The translations under genes and the position numbers were made by a program. A stretch of 64,000 nt of DNA. Source: an uncultured Verrucomicrobiae bacterium. Its GTDB lineage: Bacteria; Verrucomicrobiota; Verrucomicrobiia; Chthoniobacterales; Chthoniobacteraceae. The notes beneath the pieces are model-generated. The model saw only the letters and a program-made list of their open reading frames with translations. It was not told the origin of the DNA and made no database searches. The stretch is from contig CAWIKF010000001.1 in assembly GCA_963836755.1 (NCBI GenBank), forward strand, positions 712,268 through 776,267, in the 5' to 3' direction. Positions 49,684-58,778 of the stretch are shown here, piece by piece (the first letter of the stretch is position 1; every line of letters starts with the position of its first letter).

Positions 49684-51165
49684 ATGAAGAAGGCGTGGCG
49701 GTTTTGGCAGTCGTTCTTGATTGCGGCTCTGCTGCTGGCGCTGTGCAGGCACGCGGCGCAGGCGCAGGGGGCGAGTGGGCTCGGGAAGGGGAGCCCGGCG
49801 GCGAATCAAGCGGATAAGAGCCAGAAGGCTCCAGCGCCAGATGCGTTTCGCGATGTGCCGACGCAGAGTTTGCAGACGGAGGCGGATCGGCTCGACCAGA
49901 AGCTGGAGAGTTTGCAGGATCAGCTGGCCAGCTTCACCGATTACGCGGCGAAGGTGAGCGATGCGGAGAAGAATCTGCCGGACAACATCGGTGTCACTCC
50001 GCTCATCGCGAAGGTGAAGGATGCTTACGCGAAGCTGAAGGCGGAGAACCCAGATGCAAATGTTTCCTCGGGGAAGATGGGAACACTGGGGTCGAATTTC
50101 GGGCAGGCGGTGAATCAGTTGCAATTCGCCCTGCGCAACCAGTTCGTGGATGTGACGGCAAAAGTGGTTCCGAGTTTTCGTTACGGGCCGCTGGGGTCGT
50201 CGAATCAGACCTCACCGCCGGAGCAGACGGCGAACGACGCGGCGAGCCGCGTGAACACGTTTCGCAACAGCGATCCATTTTTCACGGCGTTGCCAAACAT
50301 CAATGCGCTGCTTGGTGCGCTGATGGTTTTCAATGGCGAGGTGAAGCGGAGCGCGGTGGATCAGGAGATCAATGCGGCGCAGCAGGAGATCGCGTCGTTG
50401 CCCGATGTGACGCGTCAGGTTTTCACCCAATACAAGACGGATTACACGGAGGTGCTCGACGCCGTGTCCGCTGCGATGAAACAGCAGATCGACAAGCTGC
50501 AGGCGACGCTCGACTCGGACAAGCAGCAGTGGACGGAGATGAACAAGGTGCTGTTGAATCGGTCGCAGGCGGTGGGGACCCGGCAGGCAACGCTGACGGA
50601 TTACTCCATCTACACGGAGATGCTGATGATGGGGGTGATCGTGTTCGCGATGATTTTCCTGCGCTTTTATCCGGAGAAGCTGGCATTGACGGTGGTGCAG
50701 GAGCGGATGTTCGGGGACATGCTGGGGATGGGGTTACTGCTGGTGACGGTGGTTTTTCTCGCGACGGGGGCATTCGTGGATCAATCGGCGGTGGTGACGC
50801 TGCTGGGGACGATCGCGGGATATATTTTCGGACGCCGCTCGCCCAGTTCGGTGGTTGGCGCGATGCAGCCGGCGGTGAACCGGATTGCGGCGGTGCCGGC
50901 CGCGCCCGGGAATGTGCGCGAGGCTTTGCCGCGGGTGTCGCGAGAGGCGTCGGTGAGTTGCGATCCGGTGCCGAATGCGGTGGCTTACCGCTGGTATGCG
51001 AAGTCGCAAAATGAGCCGGGCGATCCGGTTTTCCGTCAGCAAACGAGCGCGCCGCATGTGGTCCTGTCGGGTTTCCACACGGGCGATCAGGTCGTGATTA
51101 CGGTGAGCGCGACCAATGGTCAGGAGAGCGGACAAAGTCCGCCGCTGATTGTTCCCATTACTTAA
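49684..51165 (+). CDS. Membrane protein: signal, long coiled coil, 3 TM, C-terminal FN3-like domain
   Basis: Heptad-rich region, TLLGTIAGYIFG, PAAP...V.VSATN..ESG.S. Confidence 0.75.
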   Translation: MKKAWRFWQSFLIAALLLALCRHAAQAQGASGLGKGSPAANQADKSQKAPAPDAFRDVPTQSLQTEADRLDQKLESLQDQLASFTDYAAKVSDAEKNLPDNIGVTPLIAKVKDAYAKLKAENPDANVSSGKMGTLGSNFGQAVNQLQFALRNQFVDVTAKVVPSFRYGPLGSSNQTSPPEQTANDAASRVNTFRNSDPFFTALPNINALLGALMVFNGEVKRSAVDQEINAAQQEIASLPDVTRQVFTQYKTDYTEVLDAVSAAMKQQIDKLQATLDSDKQQWTEMNKVLLNRSQAVGTRQATLTDYSIYTEMLMMGVIVFAMIFLRFYPEKLALTVVQERMFGDMLGMGLLLVTVVFLATGAFVDQSAVVTLLGTIAGYIFGRRSPSSVVGAMQPAVNRIAAVPAAPGNVREALPRVSREASVSCDPVPNAVAYRWYAKSQNEPGDPVFRQQTSAPHVVLSGFHTGDQVVITVSATNGQESGQSPPLIVPIT

Positions 51166-51180
51166 TATTATAACTGCGCC

Positions 51181-52326
51181 ATGATGATGCTCTTTTTACG
51201 CCGATGGAAATACAGCACGCTGCTGGCGGCGGGTCTGCTTTGCGCGAACGTCTCAAAAGGCGCAGAGCCGGCGGCTTCGCCAAGTCCTGCTCCGGCGGCG
51301 ATGGTGACGGTGGCGCAGGGGGTCATTCAGCTCGACTCGATGATTTCGCTCTATGCGCCGGGGTTGCGGGCGTGGGAGGAGCAGCCGCCGGCGAAGGAGT
51401 TGCAGGTGTATGTCGATGGGATTTTGATCCCGTTGCCGCAATCGCAAATCCTGTTGAGCAAGCTGCGCGATGATTGGGTTAGCGTGATTTTGACTCGCGA
51501 CGCGACGGATCGGGCGAGCCACGATGCATGGGGGCCGATCCTGGAGCGGTCGATGCATTACATCGGGAAAAATCCGCGGCCGGTGGATGTGACGCTGGGG
51601 CGGAGCGGGGAGTTGCCGCTGGCGACGAAGGCGCAGTTGCCGATGATGGTGGTGGATCGGCTCTGGTTTTGGTTCTGGCTCGGCGGGATGGTGGCGCTCG
51701 GGGCGGGGCTCGTGTTGCTCGGGAAGCAAAGCGATCTGCTTCGCGATCAAGGGCCGGACCCGGTGGGCGGGCGGAAGCCGTTCAGCCTGGCGCGGACGCA
51801 GATGGCATTCTGGCTGTTCGTCGTGGTGGCGTCGTATCTTTTCATCCTGATGGTCACGGGGGATACGAACACGATCAACGACTCGGTGCTCGGCTTGATC
51901 GGGATCAGCGCGGCGACTGGCTTCGGCGCGGTGATGGTGGATGCGTCAAAATTGACGGCGACGCGCACGCAGCGCGATGCGGCGCGGAAGGCGCGCGGGG
52001 AATTGATGGCGAAGAAGACGCTGGGAACACTGTCGCCGGAGGACGAGACGCAGCTGGCGAAGGCGGCGGCGGATGAGGCGCGGCTGGAGGAAACGCTAGC
52101 GCCCGATGCGTCAAAGGGATTTTGGTGGGACATCGTGAGCGATGCGGAGGCCGTGAGTTTCCACCGGCTGCAGATCGTAGTCTGGACGATGGTGGTCGGC
52201 TGGGTGTTCGCGGAGAGCATTTATCACGCGCTGGCGATGCCGGAGCTTTCGTCGACGATGCTCGGGCTGATGGGAATCAGCGGCGGGACTTACATCGGGT
52301 TCAAGCTGCCGGAGAAGCAAAGTTAG
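51181..52326 (+). CDS. Membrane protein with internally duplicated TM hairpins
   Basis: SLARTQMAFW...VLGLIGISAAT and SFHRLQIVVW...MLGLMGISGGT. Confidence 0.8.
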   Translation: MMMLFLRRWKYSTLLAAGLLCANVSKGAEPAASPSPAPAAMVTVAQGVIQLDSMISLYAPGLRAWEEQPPAKELQVYVDGILIPLPQSQILLSKLRDDWVSVILTRDATDRASHDAWGPILERSMHYIGKNPRPVDVTLGRSGELPLATKAQLPMMVVDRLWFWFWLGGMVALGAGLVLLGKQSDLLRDQGPDPVGGRKPFSLARTQMAFWLFVVVASYLFILMVTGDTNTINDSVLGLIGISAATGFGAVMVDASKLTATRTQRDAARKARGELMAKKTLGTLSPEDETQLAKAAADEARLEETLAPDASKGFWWDIVSDAEAVSFHRLQIVVWTMVVGWVFAESIYHALAMPELSSTMLGLMGISGGTYIGFKLPEKQS

Positions 52327-52344
52327 TTTTCCAAAAAACAAAAC

Positions 52345-53493
52345 ATGAATATCAACGATCTCATCTCCGCGACGGCGCGGCCTTATTCGTCGCTGGAGCG
52401 CCGGGTGCAAATCGGCGGCTGGTTGTATGCGTTGCGGACGCTCGCGTTCAGCATGCAAGCGCAGACGGAATCGAACTGGTGCTGGGCGGCGACCTCGACG
52501 AGCGTGTCGCTTTTCTATTGGTCGTGGAGCGGCTGGACGCAGTGCAAGGTGGCTTGCAACGTGGTGAACCTGACGACGTGCTGCGACTCGCCGGTGCCCG
52601 ATGCTTGCAATCAGCCGGAGAAACTTTCCGACGCGCTGACGGTGACGAAAAATCTGTCGAGCTTCGTCTCGACGACGGTGAGCTTTGACACGGTGAAAGC
52701 GGAGATCGACGCGGGCCGCGTGGTCTGCGCGCGGATCGGCTGGAGCGGGGGCGGCGGGCATTTTGTGGCGATCCGCGGATACGTGCAGATCCTCGACAGT
52801 CTCGATTTTTTCGAGATCGGCGACCCGATTTACGGCAACTCAACCGTCTCCGTGTCGGACTTCACGACCAAATACCAGACGACTGGAAGCTGGACACACA
52901 CCTACTTCACGAAGTCATATATCCACTTGCCTTTCATCCCCATTCTCGTGGCGGAAGAAGTGCTGCGGCGAATCGCCGAACAGCGCGTCGTGCTCGGCGT
53001 GCAGGCGGGGTTGCCGGTGGAGCAGATCGAGAAATCGGAAGGGCGAACGATCGGGCTGGCGCACGCGATTTTCACGCTCGGCCTGCACGATCTCGCGCGC
53101 GGCGAAGCGCAAGCGGCGCACACGGGCGTGCGGTTGCTGGAGTTTGAAGGCGCGAAGGCGCGCGCGTTTTTCGATGTCGAGAACGCGCAGACTGGACAGG
53201 TGCAGCAGATGTCCGCGAGCGGGCCATATCTGGAACTTTTTCCGCGAGCGCTGGCGGCATCAAAAGTGGACGACAAGGCGCGTTGCGAGCTGCGACTGCT
53301 GCGCGCGCCGGCGCTGAACTTTGAGGCGCTCTGGCTGCACTTTCCAGAAGGCGCGGAGGACGAGGTGATCCCGCTGCGCGGCTTCCACGGCTTCGCGCCG
53401 ATGCAGTCGATCCCGTATCGCGAGGCAGTCGAAAAACTCCGCCACGCCGCGCAGTCAGTGAGCCGCGCTGGCGACGATGAGAAAGGCGCTTGA
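52345..53493 (+). CDS. C39-like papain-fold cysteine peptidase plus unknown C-terminal domain
   Basis: Q...NWCWAA, GHFVAI and DP motifs. Confidence 0.75.
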   Translation: MNINDLISATARPYSSLERRVQIGGWLYALRTLAFSMQAQTESNWCWAATSTSVSLFYWSWSGWTQCKVACNVVNLTTCCDSPVPDACNQPEKLSDALTVTKNLSSFVSTTVSFDTVKAEIDAGRVVCARIGWSGGGGHFVAIRGYVQILDSLDFFEIGDPIYGNSTVSVSDFTTKYQTTGSWTHTYFTKSYIHLPFIPILVAEEVLRRIAEQRVVLGVQAGLPVEQIEKSEGRTIGLAHAIFTLGLHDLARGEAQAAHTGVRLLEFEGAKARAFFDVENAQTGQVQQMSASGPYLELFPRALAASKVDDKARCELRLLRAPALNFEALWLHFPEGAEDEVIPLRGFHGFAPMQSIPYREAVEKLRHAAQSVSRAGDDEKGA

Positions 53494-53631
53494 CCAATTT
53501 GCTAGCCAGACGCGGAACAGCTCAGTCTCAACTTTGACTCCAATCATCGCCCCATGAACGAATTCCCGCCCAACATTCCCGTCACTCCCACCGCCGTCGC
53601 TTTCATTTCGTAACCCAACGCCCGCACATTT

Positions 53632-56600
53632 ATGCCCCGCAAAAAACCTGTCTCCTCGAAACCAGCCGCGTCGAAACCAACCGCCGCGGCGGCGTTTGAA
53701 AATCCCGCCGCCTTCGCGGATCGCGCGAATACTTTTCGCTTCGTCGAAAATGAACGCGCAAGCGCGCCGCCGCCATTTTCGACGCAGAAAATGTTTGTCA
53801 CCGGTCCGCCGCAGCCGCGCGGTTTTGTGCAGGTCGAGGTGCCCGATGCGGCGCTGGATGAGGTGATCGCGCAGCGCCACGCAGCGGTCACACATATTTA
53901 CCGGACGTTAAACGGAATGTCTGGCGACCTGCAGGACTTTTTTCCAAAGCTCGACGAAACGCTGCCGACGTCGGCGGATGGAATCTTGTTGAACCCGGAC
54001 GGCACGCCCGCGGCGGGAGTTTCGGTGGAAGCGCTCGAGCCGGTTTACGCGAAAGACGAAGCGATTGGCAAAAATGCTTTGGCGAAAGCCGGCTGGACGC
54101 CGCCCCTGGCGGTGACCGATGCGCGCGGCGCGTTTCGGCTCAATTTGCCGACCGTGCCGATCCCGGCTCAGGGCTTGCAACTGCAAATCCGTGGCGCGAA
54201 CGCGCTGCTGCAGGCGAATGTAAAAAATGTTTTGCTCAACGAAGGACGCTTGGGGTTGATCCCGATCCAGCAGGCGCTTTTGCCGTTGCCACAGGAAAGC
54301 GTGGTCGCGCAGTTGAAAGGGATTCAGGCGGACATCATCGCAACGGCGCCGGAAGATGTAGTGAACCGGCCGGATCAATTTGCCGCGCCCGCGCAGCAGA
54401 TGACGATCGGCCAGGGCGATTGCGCCCGGCTTTTCCGCTCGAACAGCGGCGTGATCGACAGTTTTCGCTACTCAACTTTAATCCGGTTGATCGAGCCGCA
54501 GATGAATGTCTGGCAGCCGATTTTTCGCATTCCATTTGAGCGCGATCGCTTTTTACCGTTCGCGCTGCCGAGTGCGAATGACGCGATCTGGGGACTGACC
54601 GATGCGCAGACTGCGGTGCAAAAGTTGCACGCGCTCGGCAAGCTGACGCTCGTCAATCGCGCGCCGGTGAGCCAGCCGATCGACGTGACGCTTTTCCACA
54701 ACCAGATCGAGACCGCGCCGGTCGCGCTGCCGAAAGCATCGACCCTCGGGCTCGGCTACGTGGTGCACATGCAGCAGACGTGGATTCCGGCGGGCATGTC
54801 GCTGGGCGATCTCGTTTATTCGCTCCCGCTCGCGCCGGGCGAGCAGCAGCGCATCGCGATCGAGGAAAGCACGAAGACGCTCACCGACCAGTCGCGGCAA
54901 ACTTTTTCCGAAGATGAATTGCAGACCTTTCGCGAAACGCAGGATTCATCGGCGCTGGCGACGTTTCAGTCGGCGTTCGACGAGGCCGCGCGCGGCGGCA
55001 GCCACATGGATTCGTCAAGCACCACCGGCAGCATGGCAGGCGAAGCCTCGACCGGAATCGTCGGCGCGATCTTCGGCGGCGGCGGCGTATCGGGCGGCTT
55101 TTCAAGTTCATCGTCGAGCGGGAACACGAGCAGTTGGCAAAACACGAGCCGCGATTTCACATCGAATGCCGCGCAGGACATGCACTCGGCGCTCAACCGC
55201 GTCGCCGCCGCGAGCCGGCGCGGATCGCAAACGAGCATTCGTGTGGCGACGGAAACCGAGCGGACGTCGGTCACGACGCGCGTCGTCACGAACCACAACA
55301 AAGGCCACGCGCTGACGATGCAATGGTGGCAGGTGCTCAGGCATTTTTCCGTGACGTCGGAAGTGGACGACGTGCAGATGGTTTGTTTCGTGCCGCTGGA
55401 GCTGGTGCAATTTTTGCCCGAAGGCCAGCCGTTCAGTCTGCCGGGAATGCCCGGCGAAGAGAACGGGCCGCCGCTCGCGTTCGGCCTCACGCCGCGCCAG
55501 TTTTTGCTCAACCGCTACGCGATGGTGCTGCGCTATTGGGATGTGATCATTCCGTTTTTTCGACGCAATGCGGAATACGCATACGGCATCCGGGCGCTGC
55601 GCGATTTCGCGGCGAACCCTGAGGCGGTGCCGGAAAAATCGAAGCTGCAGGCCGACGTGGTGCATTTCACGATCGAGGGAACTTTCATGCCGTTCGAGCA
55701 GGCGTGGGTCACGGTGGTCAGCAAAAGCGGCTCGCATATTGGCCCGGTGCCGCTGACGGCGACGTCGTCGCTGGTCGATTTGACGCCGGAAAAATACAGC
55801 TCGCAGCAGGAGCTGATCGGATATTTGCAGCAGCACCGCGGGCCGGGCGGCGGCTTCGGCATTCCGTCGCCGGGCGTGACGTTGCAGGCGGACATCGCGC
55901 TGCCTGAATGGCTGTCGCGGACGGACATCGTGCGGTTCGACGTGACGCGGCAATTTTCGCCGCTGAGCTACAAAGTGAAGCTGCCGACGGTAACGTTTTC
56001 AAACTTCGCCGACGTGGTGCAGTTGAGCCAACACCAGACGATCTATTTTTCGCCGTCGGATCTCGAGCAGGCGCTCGGCGGGCCGTGGATTGGCGGAAAA
56101 ACCGCGACGCTGCAGGATGGAGTCAATCTTTTGCCATCAGGCTTCGCATTTTTCTTCCGCTCATTGATGGCGGGGACGCTGCCGCTGCCGGCACTGCGCG
56201 TCGCGCCGGTGCTGTCGTTCTCGGATTTTTTGCGAATCGAAACGGTGTTTCATCACATCGTCCGCAACACCGTTTTTTATTCGAAGGCCGTCTGGGCCGC
56301 GCTGAGCGACGAGGAGCGCGCGATTCTGCTCGAGCGTTTTACCATCGGCGTGCCCGAAGGCGGCGTGCAAAGCGCCGACCAGGAAGTGCCGCTGCTCAAT
56401 TGCGTCGCGAACCGCGTGCTTGGCTTTTTCGGCAACGCGCTCATCATGCCCTTCGCGATCCCGCCCGATGTCGCAGCGTTGATGAAAGTCACCTCGCGCG
56501 ACATCCAGGACGCGCTGCTGCGTTTTCACCGGCAGGCATTCCAGCCGCCGCGCTCGAGCGTCACGCTGCCCGCGCATGGAACACTCGGCGAAGCGGTTCT

Positions 56601-57111
56601 CGGCTGTTGTGCTTCGGCGGAAAAAATCGATCTCACGCGCTTTTGGAACTGGCAGGATTCGCCGAGCGATCAGGCCGATCCGATTCCGGCTTCCGTTTTT
56701 CAAGCGCCGCAAGCGATTCCAGCTGCGGCTGCAACAGCTCCCGCCGCCGGTGCTTCCGGCGTGGGCAGCGGCTCCGGCTCGGGCAGCATCATTTCCATCA
56801 ATAGCCCCGCCGCCACACCCCAATCGACCGCGCTGCTCGAAGCGCTGATCAAGCAATCGCCGAACATCGCCAGCGAGCTGAACCTCGCCGGGATCGATGC
56901 TTTGCAGAAACAAATTGCCGCCGACACAACGAGCGCGAGCACCGGCCGCGACAAGGCGATCGATGCGAACACGCAAATTCAACTGCAAGCAATGAAGAGC
57001 GCCGAGAGCATCGTGAAATCCGTTTCCGATGCCGCCGGCAAAACCGCCGATTCCGCCGGAAAAGCCGCCGGTGATGCCGGGAAAGCCGGTGCAGCCGCGG
57101 GCCTTGTTTAG
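53632..57111 (+). CDS. Large hypothetical protein, possible beta-pore-forming type
   Basis: SLGDLVYSLPLAPGE, Ser/Thr/Gly-rich central tract, NHNKGHALTMQWWQVLRH, E.ID.TRFWNWQDSP. Confidence 0.8.
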   Translation: MPRKKPVSSKPAASKPTAAAAFENPAAFADRANTFRFVENERASAPPPFSTQKMFVTGPPQPRGFVQVEVPDAALDEVIAQRHAAVTHIYRTLNGMSGDLQDFFPKLDETLPTSADGILLNPDGTPAAGVSVEALEPVYAKDEAIGKNALAKAGWTPPLAVTDARGAFRLNLPTVPIPAQGLQLQIRGANALLQANVKNVLLNEGRLGLIPIQQALLPLPQESVVAQLKGIQADIIATAPEDVVNRPDQFAAPAQQMTIGQGDCARLFRSNSGVIDSFRYSTLIRLIEPQMNVWQPIFRIPFERDRFLPFALPSANDAIWGLTDAQTAVQKLHALGKLTLVNRAPVSQPIDVTLFHNQIETAPVALPKASTLGLGYVVHMQQTWIPAGMSLGDLVYSLPLAPGEQQRIAIEESTKTLTDQSRQTFSEDELQTFRETQDSSALATFQSAFDEAARGGSHMDSSSTTGSMAGEASTGIVGAIFGGGGVSGGFSSSSSSGNTSSWQNTSRDFTSNAAQDMHSALNRVAAASRRGSQTSIRVATETERTSVTTRVVTNHNKGHALTMQWWQVLRHFSVTSEVDDVQMVCFVPLELVQFLPEGQPFSLPGMPGEENGPPLAFGLTPRQFLLNRYAMVLRYWDVIIPFFRRNAEYAYGIRALRDFAANPEAVPEKSKLQADVVHFTIEGTFMPFEQAWVTVVSKSGSHIGPVPLTATSSLVDLTPEKYSSQQELIGYLQQHRGPGGGFGIPSPGVTLQADIALPEWLSRTDIVRFDVTRQFSPLSYKVKLPTVTFSNFADVVQLSQHQTIYFSPSDLEQALGGPWIGGKTATLQDGVNLLPSGFAFFFRSLMAGTLPLPALRVAPVLSFSDFLRIETVFHHIVRNTVFYSKAVWAALSDEERAILLERFTIGVPEGGVQSADQEVPLLNCVANRVLGFFGNALIMPFAIPPDVAALMKVTSRDIQDALLRFHRQAFQPPRSSVTLPAHGTLGEAVLGCCASAEKIDLTRFWNWQDSPSDQADPIPASVFQAPQAIPAAAATAPAAGASGVGSGSGSGSIISINSPAATPQSTALLEALIKQSPNIASELNLAGIDALQKQIAADTTSASTGRDKAIDANTQIQLQAMKSAESIVKSVSDAAGKTADSAGKAAGDAGKAGAAAGLV

Positions 57112-57123
57112 AAAGAGAAAAAT

Positions 57124-58185
57124 ATGCCAGATCCAACTCCGACTCCCACCCCCGCGCCGACGCCAGCGCCAACGACTGTTACGACAACTGTTGTGAGCCC
57201 CGGCGCGGTCGCTGCCGCCGTTTCGGACGCGGCATCACCGCTGGTCAACGCGCTTGCAGGCATTCTGCAAGCATCCACTTCGCCCGACTCTCTCGCCGCG
57301 CAAAACCTGTTGCTGCGCCGCTTGGCGACCGAAGGCGATGTGTTTTCCTCGCGCATTCCGGCACCGAAAAACATTACCGAAGTCGGTGGTTATTTTAACC
57401 TGCTCGAAACCCTCGGTGAAAACGTGATGCGCGAGCAAGCGCTCGCTGCCGCGCTCGGCGTGGCTGGGCCAAATCCGACGCCCGGTTTTACACCGACTGC
57501 TCCTCTGCTATACGATGTGCAACGGACCAACGATCGACCGCCCGGCGGCTTTCAGGCGACGATCCCGGTGCAGTTTTCGATGCGCAACGACTTCGCACTC
57601 GCTTTCGATGCGGCTTTGAAAACGATCCACGATGCCGGCTGCACGCTGCCGATTTTTTCCGTCTCGCGCAGTTTGCCAGCGGCGGGGCTTGGCGTAACGC
57701 CACCCGCGGATTTGCTGCCGTTCCTCGGCCGCACGCTCGACTTGATGCCGACCGTCGCACTGAATGATCCCGACGCCGATCCGCTCGCCCTCGCGCAAAA
57801 AAGCGGCACGACAATTCTCGAGGTCGTCGCGCGGCAGCTCGACGCCACCGCCGCGAACGCCGCGTCTGTTGTCGCGCAATCGTGGGATGCGTTCAAATGC
57901 GACGCGAATGCTTGCGCGCTCGCCACCGCCAGCCGAACGTATTTGTCGCTCACGCCGATTTTGAATGCCGCTGGCTGGTATCAAAAAACTCCGCTCATCG
58001 CACCGGCGAAACTCTCGCAGCCCGGCGCGTGGAATCATTGGACGAACATCACTGGCCTCATCCCGAACGTCTCGACTTTCGGCGACGAAATCCTCCAGCG
58101 CGTCACGCCCGCCGAGCTTGCGGCGTCATCTTTGCGCGATACGGTGACATGGATTTGGGACGGAAAATCATTTAACGCTCCGTAA
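57124..58185 (+). CDS. Hypothetical protein with PT-rich N-terminus
   Basis: 353-aa ORF 12 bp after the large gene. Confidence 0.8.
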   Translation: MPDPTPTPTPAPTPAPTTVTTTVVSPGAVAAAVSDAASPLVNALAGILQASTSPDSLAAQNLLLRRLATEGDVFSSRIPAPKNITEVGGYFNLLETLGENVMREQALAAALGVAGPNPTPGFTPTAPLLYDVQRTNDRPPGGFQATIPVQFSMRNDFALAFDAALKTIHDAGCTLPIFSVSRSLPAAGLGVTPPADLLPFLGRTLDLMPTVALNDPDADPLALAQKSGTTILEVVARQLDATAANAASVVAQSWDAFKCDANACALATASRTYLSLTPILNAAGWYQKTPLIAPAKLSQPGAWNHWTNITGLIPNVSTFGDEILQRVTPAELAASSLRDTVTWIWDGKSFNAP

Positions 58186-58315
58186 ACGCCGCGAAAAGTT
58201 TTACGCCAGTCGCCGTGCACCGCGCGAAGACTGCCGGCGCGTGAGTCCGGCTTGCTTTTCGCAAAGAGATGGCGCGGAATGCCGCGGTCTCTTCCACGAC
58301 TCCAATCATCACTTT

Positions 58316-58546
58316 ATGAACGAACAACTTCCACCGACCATTCCCGTCACGCCGATCGTCGTCAACGACATCGATATTCCTTTCGGCCGACTCGTCCTGA
58401 TCCTTCTCAAAGTCATGCTCGCATCGATCCCGGCGATCATTCTGTTCTACGCGGTTTTCTTCGGAATCATATTGATCGTGGCGCTTCTCTTCGGCGGCAG
58501 CGCCGCTTTGTTTCAGCACTTGGGAGCCGGTCACGTTCATCCGTAA
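58316..58546 (+). CDS. Small membrane protein (76 aa)
   Basis: VVNDIDIPFGRLV..LLK..LASIPA followed by a hydrophobic stretch. Confidence 0.7.
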   Translation: MNEQLPPTIPVTPIVVNDIDIPFGRLVLILLKVMLASIPAIILFYAVFFGIILIVALLFGGSAALFQHLGAGHVHP

Positions 58547-58778
58547 ACCGGATTCGCGCGCTTACGCAGCGTGCGATCAAAGTCAAATTCGTCGGCGAGA
58601 ACGGCGTCGTGAAAGGCGGCGGCAACGCGCAGAACGGGAGCATGGTCGTTTCAAATAAATGGCGTCGAAGTTCTCCGCGGGTTCAACGCAGCGCGAGAGC
58701 CGCCTATCGAAAAATAATGGCTTGCGCGCGCGCACGGTGTAAATTGCCAGCCTGAGTTTTCCACCGCCGATTTCTTCA

